Source of the DNA: an uncultured Haloferula sp.
GTDB lineage: Bacteria; Verrucomicrobiota; Verrucomicrobiia; Verrucomicrobiales; Akkermansiaceae
DNA length: 64,000 bases
Direction of reading: 5' to 3'
NCBI GenBank assembly: GCA_965652295.1
Contig: CBFGTS010000001.1
Span: 512,001 to 576,000 of the forward strand
Shown here: positions 28,722 to 39,400 of the stretch, in pieces
Position numbering within the stretch: position 1 is the first letter of the stretch
How the letters are laid out: each line of letters begins with the position of its first letter
Position numbers and translations under genes: made by a program
The notes under the pieces: generated by a model
What the model was told of the DNA's origin: nothing
Databases searched by the model: none
What the model saw: only the letters and a program-made list of their open reading frames with translations

Positions 28722-29054
28722 AGGTGCGGCGGAGCATGAGCCGCAAACCGGCGCGCTGGCGAGCGGAAGTTGTGGGGTCGGTTGGAATCGTCGAGAAGCT
28801 GCGGAGCAGGGAATTCGGGCTGCCCAGAAATCCAAATCTCCAACGGCCGAAGCTCAACGAAAGCTCTTTCAATCCTCAGAGCCCGCCTAATCAACCCATC
28901 CTCTTGCCATAGTGAGGTGCCGCGACCGACTCACCGCGACCCTCTGCCGGCTAACGTATTTCAACATTGAGCCCGCCTGCCGCTCATGGAATCGGGATTT
29001 GCCATCACTGATTTTTGCTTCAGCGGCCGTAACGTCGTGGGAACTGGATGAATT

Positions 29055-29084
29055 AAGCCCCCGTCCGTTGCCGGACGGGGGCTT
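29055..29084 (-). terminator. Terminator hairpin right after the 53-aa ORF
   Basis: 13-bp perfect stem AAGCCCCCGTCCG / CGGACGGGGGCTT with a GCAA loop (minus strand) and an AT-rich tail. Confidence 0.8.
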
Positions 29085-29088
29085 TGGA

Positions 29089-29250
29089 TCAGGCGGCCTT
29101 GTCGTCGTGATCCACCGGAACCCACATCACGAAGACTTTGCCTCGCTTCGGATATTCGATCCTTCCGGTCGTCGGATTCCGCCGCGAACGGCGGAAGATT
29201 TTCCGATAGCCGGGACGATCGTCCGGGAACAGTTTGAGCTGATCGCTCAT
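29089..29250 (-). CDS. Unannotated 53-aa Arg/Lys-rich small protein
   Basis: AGAAAGGA RBS before the ATG; MSDQLKLFPDDRPGYRKIFRRSRRNPTTGRIEYPKRGKVFVMWVPVDHDDKAA; terminator 4 bp after the stop; absent from the supplied ORF track. Confidence 0.75.
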   Translation of the reverse strand: MSDQLKLFPDDRPGYRKIFRRSRRNPTTGRIEYPKRGKVFVMWVPVDHDDKAA

Positions 29251-29296
29251 AGTCTGTCCTTTCTATCCCCTGAACAGGTTCTTGACCCCGGGCGAA

Positions 29297-29334
29297 ACCG
29301 TGGTAAACGGCCTTTGCGGAAGCGTGTTTACCAC
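29297..29334. promoter_or_regulatory. Inverted operator-like half-sites upstream of the 53-aa ORF
   Basis: ACCGTGGTAAAC-N17-GTTTACCAC; same core as 30598-30643. Confidence 0.55.
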
Positions 29335-29473
29335 CACGATTCACCCTCTGAAGGGCTTCAGTCAGTCAGAGGTCTGCTGAAAAGCGTCTAAGGAGCCCGC
29401 CTTGTGTCTCACCACTGGCGGGCTCCATTGCGATTGCGAACTTAGAATTTCATTTGGCGTTACTTGGGGTGGG

Positions 29474-30085
29474 TTACTCAGGTTCATACCAAAGCCCCTC
29501 TCGGGTAAATCTCGTGAGTATTGCTTTCTGATTAACGCCGAATTTCTGTGCTAGTAGCTCAGCGGCTCTCCGGCGGAGATCCGGTAGTTGGCGCCAACCA
29601 GGAACTTCTTTGAAGGTGGAGGAAAGCCGCTCGAACTCAGATTCGAGTTTCTCAATGGGTACTAGCAAGCGGCCGGCAAACTCGTTCGCTTCCTTCTCAA
29701 TGTCGTATTTCCTCCCTCCCAATGAGGCCGTCCACTCCAAAAATGTTTCGAGGGTGCGAAAACCCGAAGTTTCAAATTCCTCTCGATGCATGATGTAGTG
29801 CCCAATCTCGTGCGCGATTGAGAACCTCAGTCGATTCTGCTTCCAAGGTGGGGCTCGATCCTCCAAATCGAAAATTTCCTCGTCCACGTAGATCCCGGTG
29901 AAGTCGGCAGCGAGGGCGGCTTCGACACGATATTTGGACGAGAGCCCCGCGAGAGGGATCAAATCCAAACCCAGCTCGACGTCCGCGAGAAAAACGGTGT
30001 CGATCGGTAGGTTGTTGAGCTCGAAGCAATTGTGTTGCTCCCGGAACTCACGGACATGCTCCCAAACGCGGGTCTCCCAACTCAT
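29474..30085 (-). CDS. ImmA/IrrE-family zinc metallopeptidase
   Basis: RLRFSIAHEIGHYIMH (HExxH) and EKEANEFAGRLL. Confidence 0.92.
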   Translation of the reverse strand: MSWETRVWEHVREFREQHNCFELNNLPIDTVFLADVELGLDLIPLAGLSSKYRVEAALAADFTGIYVDEEIFDLEDRAPPWKQNRLRFSIAHEIGHYIMHREEFETSGFRTLETFLEWTASLGGRKYDIEKEANEFAGRLLVPIEKLESEFERLSSTFKEVPGWRQLPDLRRRAAELLAQKFGVNQKAILTRFTREGLWYEPE

Positions 30086-30098
30086 TGTTATCTTTTCG

Positions 30099-30473
30099 TT
30101 ATTCTGGATCGGCCCGGTAAAGGGCGCGAATGTCATCGATCATGGATGCCAGCTCCGTTTCGTCCGGCTCCTCTCCTCGCATCGCGCGAAAGAAGGCCGG
30201 TAGCTTTGAGACCACGCCCTCACGTTCGAGGATGTCGGATGGCAGTTCATTACGGGCGAGAGATGCCGCATCGAAAAGCTCTTGCCGCTGTGCGCCGGAG
30301 ATTTCCAAGAGATCGGCGACTTGAGACAGAATGGCGACATCGCGCGGTGGTGGATTCACCCCCCGTTCCACCTTGCTCCAATTGCTCGGATCAAGTCCGA
30401 GTTGCGAACAGAATTCGCGGAGGCCAAGGCGGCGGGAGATGCGAGCAGTCTTGATGGTTTCATTGAACTTCAT
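30099..30473 (-). CDS. XRE-family HTH transcriptional regulator
   Basis: FNETIKTARISRRLGLREFCSQLGLDPSNWSKVERGVNPPP; ends 13 bp before the peptidase start. Confidence 0.9.
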   Translation of the reverse strand: MKFNETIKTARISRRLGLREFCSQLGLDPSNWSKVERGVNPPPRDVAILSQVADLLEISGAQRQELFDAASLARNELPSDILEREGVVSKLPAFFRAMRGEEPDETELASMIDDIRALYRADPE

Positions 30474-30586
30474 GTGTAGTGCCCAAAATTGGCCGATTCG
30501 GGCGGTTCGGTTGGCGGTTTTCGTACATGGCTGGATTTTGTCACTATAGAGGAGCAGCATCGGGCTGCGGCACCAGCGACATGAGC

Positions 30587-30643
30587 TTGATATATCAACC
30601 GTGGTAGAAATCAACCACAAATGTGGTTGGATTTTACCACGGT
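30587..30643. promoter_or_regulatory. Long inverted repeat (operator) overlapping an extended -10 for the XRE gene
   Basis: 22-bp arms 30598-30619 and 30622-30643 (19/22 complementary); TGGTAAAAT on the minus strand; adjacent palindrome TTGATATATCAA (30587-30598). Confidence 0.65.
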
Positions 30644-30785
30644 GCTCGTGAGCCTTGTTCGCTTGGACTCCAGCACGGCCCCTCCGCAGCGGGAAGCGAA
30701 AGAATGGCCCGGAAATGGCCCGCTAGCGAAATCGCCAGAATCAGCGGTGAACCACGGGAGCGTCACAACCCTCTGAAAAAGAGGA

Positions 30786-30871
30786 TGGTGGGCAGAGAAG
30801 GATTCGAACCTTCGTAGGCTTGCGCCAGCAGATTTACAGTCTGCCCCATTTGACCGCTCTGGTATCTGCCC
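30786..30871 (-). tRNA. tRNA-Tyr(GTA)
   Basis: GGGCAGATACCAGAGCGGTCAAATGG; anticodon arm GCAGA-CTGTAAA-TCTGC; variable arm; encoded CCA. Confidence 0.96.
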
Positions 30872-30976
30872 TTTGTCCCGGTCGGGGCCGGAGGTCTAGG
30901 GGTCGGCCCGGGCATTTGCAAGGGGAAAAATGTTCGCTCCGGAGGTCCCGGTGGAAGGGGAATTTCTCCCTCCGTT

Positions 30977-32485
30977 TCAGCTCTCGGGGCCCCAGTAGCG
31001 GGCGAGTAGATCCTCGATGAGTAGAAAGCGCTGGCCCTCGCCGTTGCGGCGGGTGGTGAGCTGGAGAACCACCGGGATGCCGACGCCGCGCAGCATCTGC
31101 TGGAAGACGGGGCTCTCCTGGTCGGCCTCGTTGGAAAACACGGCGTCGAGCTTGGCCGCGGCGAGGGAGCCCCGTTTGGCGAACGCCACGTAGCTGCGGC
31201 CTTCGATGGGCGCGGTGAGCTGGTAGGCTCGGTAGTTTTCGTTGCCGGCATCATCGGGTTTCACGAAGAGGTGGAAGCTTCCTTCATCGCCTCCGGTGCC
31301 GGCGGCGAAGTGGCGGAAGGCGTCGTCGTGGAACTCGCGGAACATGTCCCAATCGATCTTCCAGTCCTCGCCCTGCTGGAAGAGGGTGACGGGGAAGCCT
31401 TGGGGGAGCGCGGGGGTGGTGACGTCGAATCGGTGCAAACCGGGCGCCACGACAGGGCCTTCGATACCGGTGTAGGCGATGGGACCGTCGCCGGTCTCGG
31501 CGGCGTGCTGTTGCATGCGCTCGCGCAGTGGGTCGGGGTCGAGGACGTGGGGGAGTCGCTTTTCCCAAGTGGGAGCGTCGAGGAAGGCCTCAAGGATTTC
31601 GCGTGAGCGCGGGATCGGGTCGTCGGGCCGTGCGATCTCGGCCGGGTCGGGCGTGGAGGGAGGTTCTGAAGGAGGAGGTGGAGAAATGAGAGGAGGCAAG
31701 GTCGGTGCCGCGTCGGGGGCGGGGAGATCGGTCGCTTCGCTCGCTGGCGCCGGCGTGGTGCGGAAGATCGGGGCGGCGAGGCAGTTTCCCCTGAGGGCGA
31801 GAAGCTGACCGGTGACCAGACCGATGAGAAAGAACAGGAGGCTGGCGAGGATGAGGACGGCCCAGCGAAGCCGCCCGAGTGCGGGGAGTTCGATGCGCGG
31901 GTGATCCGGCGAGGACTCGGAAGCGGTCGAAGGACCCGGTGTCTCCGGCTTGAAGGGGGAGGAGGGTGAAGCCGGAGTCGGGTGGGCGGAAGTGAACATC
32001 CCCTGTTCCTCCGTTTCGGCGAACCGCGGAACCGGCACTGCGGTGGGAGGGGATTCCCAGACGTCCTCCGGCGGGAGTGGGGTGGCTTCGGGCAGGGGTT
32101 CCGGAGCGGCGGGGATCGGCTCGGGCTCGGAAGGCGGAGCGGGTGATGGAGCAGGCTCCGGCTCGGAGAACGGCGCGGGCGGCGGCACCGGCTCCGGAGG
32201 TCGGCGGAAATACGGGCGGGGGTCGCCTTCGGGTGTTGGGGCTTGCGGGGCGGCGGGGCCGGGTGGGCCGGGGGTCGGCACGAGTTCGGGGAGAGGTGCG
32301 ACGGAGACCGGCGGCGCGGGTTCATGCGCGGCGGTGGCGGGAAAGGGCTGGAACGGATCGCTCGTCCGCGGGGGGGCGGAGATCCGTTTGCCGCAGGCCG
32401 GACAAGGGCCGGGCACGTCCGCGGAGGACGCCGGGACCCGCAGGAGGATCCGGCAGATGGGACAGTGAAACTGAATGACCTCCAT
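30977..32485 (-). CDS. Membrane protein with an N-terminal zinc ribbon, Pro-rich linker, TM helix and C-terminal domain
   Basis: CPICR...CPACG; long Pro-rich tract; WAVLILASLLFFLIGLVTG. Confidence 0.8.
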   Translation of the reverse strand: MEVIQFHCPICRILLRVPASSADVPGPCPACGKRISAPPRTSDPFQPFPATAAHEPAPPVSVAPLPELVPTPGPPGPAAPQAPTPEGDPRPYFRRPPEPVPPPAPFSEPEPAPSPAPPSEPEPIPAAPEPLPEATPLPPEDVWESPPTAVPVPRFAETEEQGMFTSAHPTPASPSSPFKPETPGPSTASESSPDHPRIELPALGRLRWAVLILASLLFFLIGLVTGQLLALRGNCLAAPIFRTTPAPASEATDLPAPDAAPTLPPLISPPPPSEPPSTPDPAEIARPDDPIPRSREILEAFLDAPTWEKRLPHVLDPDPLRERMQQHAAETGDGPIAYTGIEGPVVAPGLHRFDVTTPALPQGFPVTLFQQGEDWKIDWDMFREFHDDAFRHFAAGTGGDEGSFHLFVKPDDAGNENYRAYQLTAPIEGRSYVAFAKRGSLAAAKLDAVFSNEADQESPVFQQMLRGVGIPVVLQLTTRRNGEGQRFLLIEDLLARYWGPES

Positions 32486-32535
32486 GAAACGGTGTGTGTC
32501 GGAAAGGTGACAGAGACTCTTCAGGCTGTCGACCT

Positions 32536-33180
32536 TCACGCCCAGCTCCACGAACCCTGCCCCTCACCTGTGGCCAGAGCGAAACTGTAGGCCGCAAGGT
32601 GCTGGATTTCAGGGCGATGAATGCGGAGCCCGGCGAACTCATCGAGCGTGCCCCGTGCCCGGTCGGCGAAGATGCGCACCGCGGTGGGTGGGTGAGTGAA
32701 GCCGGTGCCGAGGCATTTGAGAACCGCCTCCTTCGCCGTCCAGATATCGATCAACCGCCGTCCCTTCTCGGAGTCCGGCTGTTCCTCCACCTCCGCGATT
32801 TCCTCCGGATGGCAGAAGGCCTGCTCGCATCCGATGAGTTCGTCGCCCCGCCTCAGAGCCTCGAGGTCGACCCCTACGGGGCCGTCCCGGGAAACGGCCA
32901 GCACGCCGTATCGGTCGGTGTGGGTCAGATTGAAGTGCAGCCGGGTTCCGTCGAGAAACGGCTTTCCTTCGGGAGTCGCGCGCCAGACCAGCTCGCGGGC
33001 GGGCAGTCCGGTGTGGGCTCCGAGGCATTGGCGGACCTGGGCCCGGAATGAGGACCATCGATTCCGATCCGCCTCGAAGACGAAACGGGCCGCTTGATTT
33101 CGTTCGGCGGGAGACAGCGCCTCCGACGCTTCCGCAGCAGTGAGGAGTCCGGGGTCGAGGAGGTGGAGCAGAACGGGCAC
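32536..33180 (-). CDS. Sfp-type 4'-phosphopantetheinyl transferase
   Basis: GKP, FNLTHT, VGVDLE, WTAKEAVLKCLGTG; divergent from the PKS-NRPS. Confidence 0.93.
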   Translation of the reverse strand: MPVLLHLLDPGLLTAAEASEALSPAERNQAARFVFEADRNRWSSFRAQVRQCLGAHTGLPARELVWRATPEGKPFLDGTRLHFNLTHTDRYGVLAVSRDGPVGVDLEALRRGDELIGCEQAFCHPEEIAEVEEQPDSEKGRRLIDIWTAKEAVLKCLGTGFTHPPTAVRIFADRARGTLDEFAGLRIHRPEIQHLAAYSFALATGEGQGSWSWA

Positions 33181-33432
33181 GGCGGTGGCGGGGTGGGCGA
33201 ATTTGACAAAATTCCAGCGAGGGATGTCAAAAATACTTAAAATCGCTTCCTACGGAATCGCGTGGGTTCGGGGCGAAATCATCACAACCCTTTTTGGTTA
33301 AGGGTGTTGTGGGTGAAGTTGTTCTTCCGGAGTTCGGTCTGAAAATCTTGTAAAACCAAACTATCTTGTTAGTCTGCGCCTGCGATTCCCCCCATTGAAT
33401 CGCCTTTCACCCTACCCCATACCTCGCCAAGC

Positions 33433-36400
33433 ATGTCCCACGCCCCCTTGGTTGCGGTGCGCCTTAGTGCCACCTTTACGGCCGATCCCATCGTCCCCGT
33501 CCTTTGCCGCTGGTTCGACTCATTCGGCCTCGGTATTCCGGTGGAGGTCACCCCGATGCAGCAGGTTTTGCAGCAGTTGCTCGATCCGGGCAGCGCGCTT
33601 TCCGGAAATCGCGGAGGCGTGAACATCCTGCTCATCCGGGGAAGTGATCTCGCCGTGGACCATGCGGCCCGCGCCCGCTCCGCCGCCCGTGAAGTCGGTG
33701 CCGCGCTGGCGGAGTCGGTTTCCCGCGATGGTATCCGCACGCTGGTCGTGCTGTGTCCCGTCCGGGATGGCGGCGAGGCGGAGGAGATCTTCCGCGACGA
33801 GCTGCGCGATCAGGTCGCCGAAGTCGCGGGGGCGGAGTTCTTCGACGGCGGCGAGGCTGCCGGCCTGTATGACGTCGGGGAAATCTTCGACTCCGAGGCC
33901 GAAGCCGCGGCGTCGCTGCCGTTCACCGAGCCGATGTTCACCGCCCTCGGGACCACCCTCGCCCGGAAGGTGATGGCCGGACTGCGGAAACCGATCAAGG
34001 TCATCGCCGTCGATGCCGATCACACGCTGTGGAACGGCGTGGTCGGGGAGGTTGGATCGCGCGGCGTGGAAATCAGTTCCGCTCGCCAAGCCTTCCAGCG
34101 CGGGTTGATCGATCTCGGCCGCCAAGGCTACCTGCTGTGCCTGGTTTCCAAAAACCATCCGGATGATGTCGAGGCGGTCTTCCGCGAGAATCCGGACATG
34201 GTCATTCCGCGTGATGCCTTCGTGGATGCCGTGGTGAACTGGGAACCGAAATCCGCCAATCTCCAGCGCCTCTCCACCGATCTGAACCTCGGCCTCGACG
34301 CGTTCCTTTTCCTCGACGACAGCCCGGCGGAGATCGCCGAAGTCGCGGCCAACGCACCCGCCGTGTTGGGAGTGCGCGTCCCGGAAAACGAGGATGAGCT
34401 GGCGGGTTTCCTCCGGCATCTGTGGGTGCTCGATGCCCACTCGGTCAGTGCCGAGGACGCCCAACGGACCGATTTTTATCACGACGAAGCGCGCCGTCGC
34501 GAGCTGCGCCAGCGCACGTCCAGCTACGAGGAATTCATCGCCGGGCTCGAACTGCGGATGGACATCGCGGCGCTCGATGATTCCAACCTTGCCCGTGCCA
34601 GCCAGCTGACGCGGCGCACGAACCAGTTCAACTCCTGCCCCCGCCCGCGCGACGAGGCCGAGCTGCGGGAAGGTTCCCGCGGGATGGTCGCGAGGCTCGT
34701 CGAGGTCAGCGACCGCTTCGGTGACTACGGTGCGGTGGGCCTGATGATTTTCCGCGAGGACGGCGGCCGCCTGTGGGCGGAAACCTTTCTCCTGAGCTGC
34801 CGCGCGCTGGGTAAGGGCGTCGAACAACGCATGCTTCGCTATCTCGGCGAGGTGGCTGGAGAGCTGCACCTCGATGAAATCGCGATCTGGTTCAGCGACA
34901 GCGGTCGCAACCAACCCGTCCGCGATTTCCTCGAAAGCCAGCCCGGCCGCTGGGAAGACGAGCTGCGGATCATCCCCGCCGCCGCGGCGCGCGAGTGCTC
35001 GCTGGTGCCTTCGGCCGTCTCCGCCCGGTCGCAGGCGGTCGTCGCCGGAGAGCCGGTCACCGACGCCGAACACATGGCCACCATCGCCCGCGAACTGCGC
35101 ACCGCCGCAGCCATCGCCGCCTGGATGGCCGAGCCGGTGAAATCCCGCCCTGAGATCTCCGAGCGCTTCGTTTCTCCGGAAGGCCCGGTGGAGGAAAAGA
35201 TCGCCGCCATCTGGGCCGGCGTGCTGAACCTCGACAAGGTCGGCCGCAAGGACCGGTTCGTCGATCTCGGTGGCAACTCGCTTCAGCTCGTCCGCGTGCA
35301 CGCGCAGGTCCAGCGGGAGTTCGGCAAACATTTCGAGCTCGTCCGCATGTTCGAGCACCCGACCGTTGAGGAGCAGTCGGAACTCGTCGCCGGTGCGAAA
35401 GCGACTACGGCAGATGTCGTAGAAACCGTTTCCGAAAGCTCGGAGAGCGACGCCCTGGCGATCATCGGCATGGCCGTCCGCCTGCCCGGCGCGAACACAC
35501 CCGAGGAGCTGTGGGAAAACCTACGCAACGGCGTGGAGTCGATCGAACGCTTCACCGCCGGCGACGAGGATGTGCCCGGCCCCGCCGACGACCCGGCCTT
35601 CGTCCGCGCCCGCGGGCTGCTCGCGCCCGAGTTGTACGAGGGCGTCGATGGCGGACTGTTCAGCATCCTGCCACGCGAGGCGGAGATCATCGACCCGCAG
35701 CAACGCGTCTTCCTCGAACTCTGCTGGGAAGCGCTCGAGCGCGGAGGCTACACGCCCGACGCCGCCGAGGCCCAGGGCGGTCGCACCGGCATCTACGCCG
35801 GCTGTTATTACGATACCTACCTGCCGCACCACATCCTGTCCGATCCCGAGTTGCACCGCCGCCATCTTTCCGAAGCGCAGGTCGGCGCGCTGCAGGTGGA
35901 GTTCGGAAATGACAAGGACCACCTCGCGACCCGCGTCGCCTTCAAGCTGAATCTCAAGGGCCCCAGCCTCACCGTCCAGACCGCCTGCTCCAGCTCGCTG
36001 GTCGCCGTTGGCCATGCGGCGATGTCGCTGCGCGCCGGCCATTGTGACATGGCGCTCGCCGGTGGCATCACCATCACCGTTCCGCAAAAGCGCGGCTACC
36101 ACCACGAGGAAGGCGGCATGCTTTCCCGCGACGGCCATTGCCGGCCCTTCGATGCCGACAGCTCCGGCACGGTGTTTTCCAACGGCGGTGGCGTGGTCCT
36201 GCTCAAGCGGCTCAAGGACGCCATCCGCGATGGCGACCACATCCATGCCGTGATCCGCGGCTACGGCCTCAATAATGACGGCGGCACCAAACACAGCTAC
36301 GCCGCGCCGAGCGTCGATGGCCAGGCGGACGCGATCCGCCGCGCCCATCTCGATGCCGGTGTCGACCCCCGCACCATCACCTACATCGAGGCTCACGGCA

Positions 36401-39400
36401 CCGCCACGCCGCTCGGGGACCCGATCGAAATCGCCGGCCTCACCGCCGCGTTCCGTCAAAGTACGGCGGACACCGGGTTTTGCGCCGTCGGTTCGCTCAA
36501 ATCGAACCTCGGTCACCTCGACACCGCCGCCGGTGTCTGCGGACTCATCAAGACCGCGCTTTCCCTCGAGCATGGCGAACTCCCTCCCGTGCTTCATTTC
36601 CAGACGCCGAACCCGCGCATCGACTGGGCCGGCTCGCCGTTCTTCGTCAACGACACGCTCCGGCCATGGCAACCCGCCGGGGGCGCACCGCGCCGCGCCG
36701 GTGTCAGCTCCTTCGGCGTCGGCGGCACCAATGCCCACGTGGTGCTCGAAGAAGCGCCGCGCGACGTCACGCCGCGCGAGGAACCGCAGGGTCCGCGCCT
36801 GTGGGTCCTCTCCGGACGTACGACTTCCGCCGTAGATGAACTCGCCGGGAGGCTCGCCGCCTTCGCAGAAGGTGGCCGCCGCGATTCCTTCGCCGCCGCC
36901 GCCCGCACCATGTCGCTCGGCCGCAAGGCCATGACCCAGCGCGCCGTCGTCGTCGCCCGCGATTGGGATTCGCTCGCCAGCACGCTGCGGGATGCCCGCC
37001 CCGCCGCGATCGAATCCGCCGCCAGCGCTCCCGGACTTGTCTGGATGTTCCCCGGTCAGGGGGCGCAGCACCCGGGCATGACAGCCGACCTTTATGCGGC
37101 CGAGGCGGACTACCGTGCCGACATCGATTTCTGTGCCGACAACCTCAAGCCGCTGCTCGGCGAAGACCTGCGCGACACGCTTTTCGCCGAGGACGGCGAC
37201 GCCGCCGAGCGACTCAAGCACACCGTGCTCGCGCAGCCCGCGATCTTCGTCGTCGAATGGGCGCTGGCCCGCCAGTGGGCGCGTTGGGGCGTGCTGCCGG
37301 AACTCATGATCGGCCACAGCGTCGGCGAGTTCACCGCCGCTTGCCTGGCCGGTGTGTTCTCGATCGAAGACGGCCTGAGGATCCTCGCCGCCCGCGGAAA
37401 GCTGATGGGCGGCATGCCCGGCGGCTCGATGCTCTCGGTCCGTCTTTCCGCCGAAAAGCTCCGTCCGCGTTTGCCGCAGGGCGTCGACCTTGCCGCCAGC
37501 AATGGACCCGACCTCTGCGTCGTCGCCGGTGAGCGCGATGCGGTCGCCGCCTTTGCCGCGCAGCTTGAGACGGGGGGCGTCAACGTCCGTGAACTCCATA
37601 CCTCGCATGCTTTCCACAGCTGGATGATGGATCCCGTCGTCGAGCGCTTCCGCAAGGTCATCGAGGGGGTGAAACTCCACACGCCGAAGATGGCGATTCT
37701 TTCCACGGTGACCGCCTCGCGCCTTACCGACGAGCAGGCGACTGATCCCGGATACTGGGCCTCGCACCTGCGCCACACCGTTGATTTCCACGGAGCCATC
37801 GCTGCCGCGGCCGGGGAAAAGGAAGGTCGCCTCTATCTGGAAGTGGGTCCCGGTCAAACGCTCACCACGCTTTCCCGCCAGACCGCCGGCCGCCTCGGAA
37901 AAGGCTACGTCGCCAGCTGCAATCACCCTGCCTCCGACGCGCCCGACCACGATCGGCTGCTGCTCGCCGCCGGCGAGCTCTGGGCCCATGGCGCGAAGAT
38001 CGATCTCGCCCGTTTCCACGCCGATGCACCGGCGCAACGCGTGCCACTGCCGACTTATCCCTTCCAACGCCGGCGCGCGTGGCTTGAGTGCCGCCTGCTC
38101 GATCGGCCGGTCGAGCGCCTCGCACCGCTGCCGCAATCCGGAACCGTGGCCGACATCGCGGAGGTCCCGGTCATCGCCGCCGCGAGCATGCTCGATCAGG
38201 TCAGGGAAGTGCTCGAAGGCCTTTCCGGCATCCCTGCGGAGGAAATGGAGCCGCGTTTCAGTTTCCTGGAGCTCGGATTCGATTCGCTGCTGCTCACCCA
38301 GGCCGCGCGGGAGCTCGGCAAGACCTTCGGCGTGCCGATCGCGTTCCGAGATCTGATGCAGAATTTCCCGACGCTCGCACAGCTCACCGCCCATCTGGAA
38401 AAGCACGCCGCGCCGGTTGCCCGGGCCGCCGCGCCGGCTCCGGCTACGGCATCTGTCGTAGTGACGCCACCGCAGGATGCCGCCGCTCCCGCCGACATGC
38501 TCGGCCGTGTGCGCGAGGTGCTGGAGGCGCTCTCCGGGATCCCGGCCGCAGAGATGGAGCCACGCTCCGGTTTCCTCGAACTCGGCTTCGACTCGCTGCT
38601 GCTCACCCAGGCCGCGCGAGAGCTCGGCAAGGCTTTCGGCGTGCCGATCGCCTTCCGCGACCTGATGCAGAGCTATCCGACGCTCGCCCAGTTGGTCGCT
38701 CACCTTGAAGCCAATGCGACTGCCGCGCCGTCCGCTCCGGTCGCCAAAGCGGCACCGGTTGCCGTTCCGGCCACCCCGGATCAGCCCGAGGAAGAGTCCG
38801 GAGTTTCCGGCCCGCGCACCCGCATCGACCGCACCCGCAGCGGAGACGAACTCACGCCGCCACAGCGCGCCCACCTCGAGCAACTCATCGCCGAATACTG
38901 CGAGAAGACCCGGACCTCGAAAGCCAAGACCCAGCAGTTCCGCAAGTGGCATGCCGACCCGCGCACGGTCAATGGCTTCAACCGGCTCTACAAGGAGATG
39001 GTCTATCAGATCGTCGCCACCCGCATGAAGGGCAGCCGGATGTGGGACGTGGATGGCAATGAATACATCGACATGGTCAACGGCTTCGGCCCGAACTTTC
39101 TCGGCCACGCGCCCGACTACGTCACCGAAGCCATCCAGGAAGCCCTGGCCACCGGTCTTGAGATCGGCCCGCAGTGCGAGACCGCCATGGAGTGCGCCAA
39201 GCTGTTCTGCGAGGTCACCGGGAACGATCGCGTCTGTTTCCTCAACACCGGCTCGGAAGCGGTGCAGGCGGCGATGCGGATCGCGCGGACGGTCACCGGC
39301 CGCGACAAGATCCTGGTCTTCGACAAGGACTACCACGGCAACTTCGACCCGGTCCTCGTCCGCTCCGTCGGCAAGGGCGCGCGCCGCCGCACGCTGCCGC

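Larger units (their letters stand above)
28800..30785. mobile_element. AT-richer genomic islet at the 3' side of tRNA-Tyr (no integrase seen)
   Basis: Visibly AT-richer with A/T-ending codons; XRE plus ImmA/IrrE cargo; left boundary approximate. Confidence 0.5.

Noticed and set aside
28398..28835. 145-aa ORF as given in the track
   Set aside because: Its 5' part runs through tRNA-Leu; only 28398-28604 is plausible coding sequence
28722..29050. Search for a duplicated tRNA-Tyr 3' end (att site) or an effector gene at the left of the islet
   Set aside because: No convincing copy of the tRNA end and no credible ORF; track ORFs 28912-29391 and 28961-29344 overlap the better-supported 53-aa gene and its terminator
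31930..32340. Low-complexity G-rich repeats
   Set aside because: Explained by the Pro-rich linker of the minus-strand gene; not a DNA-level element
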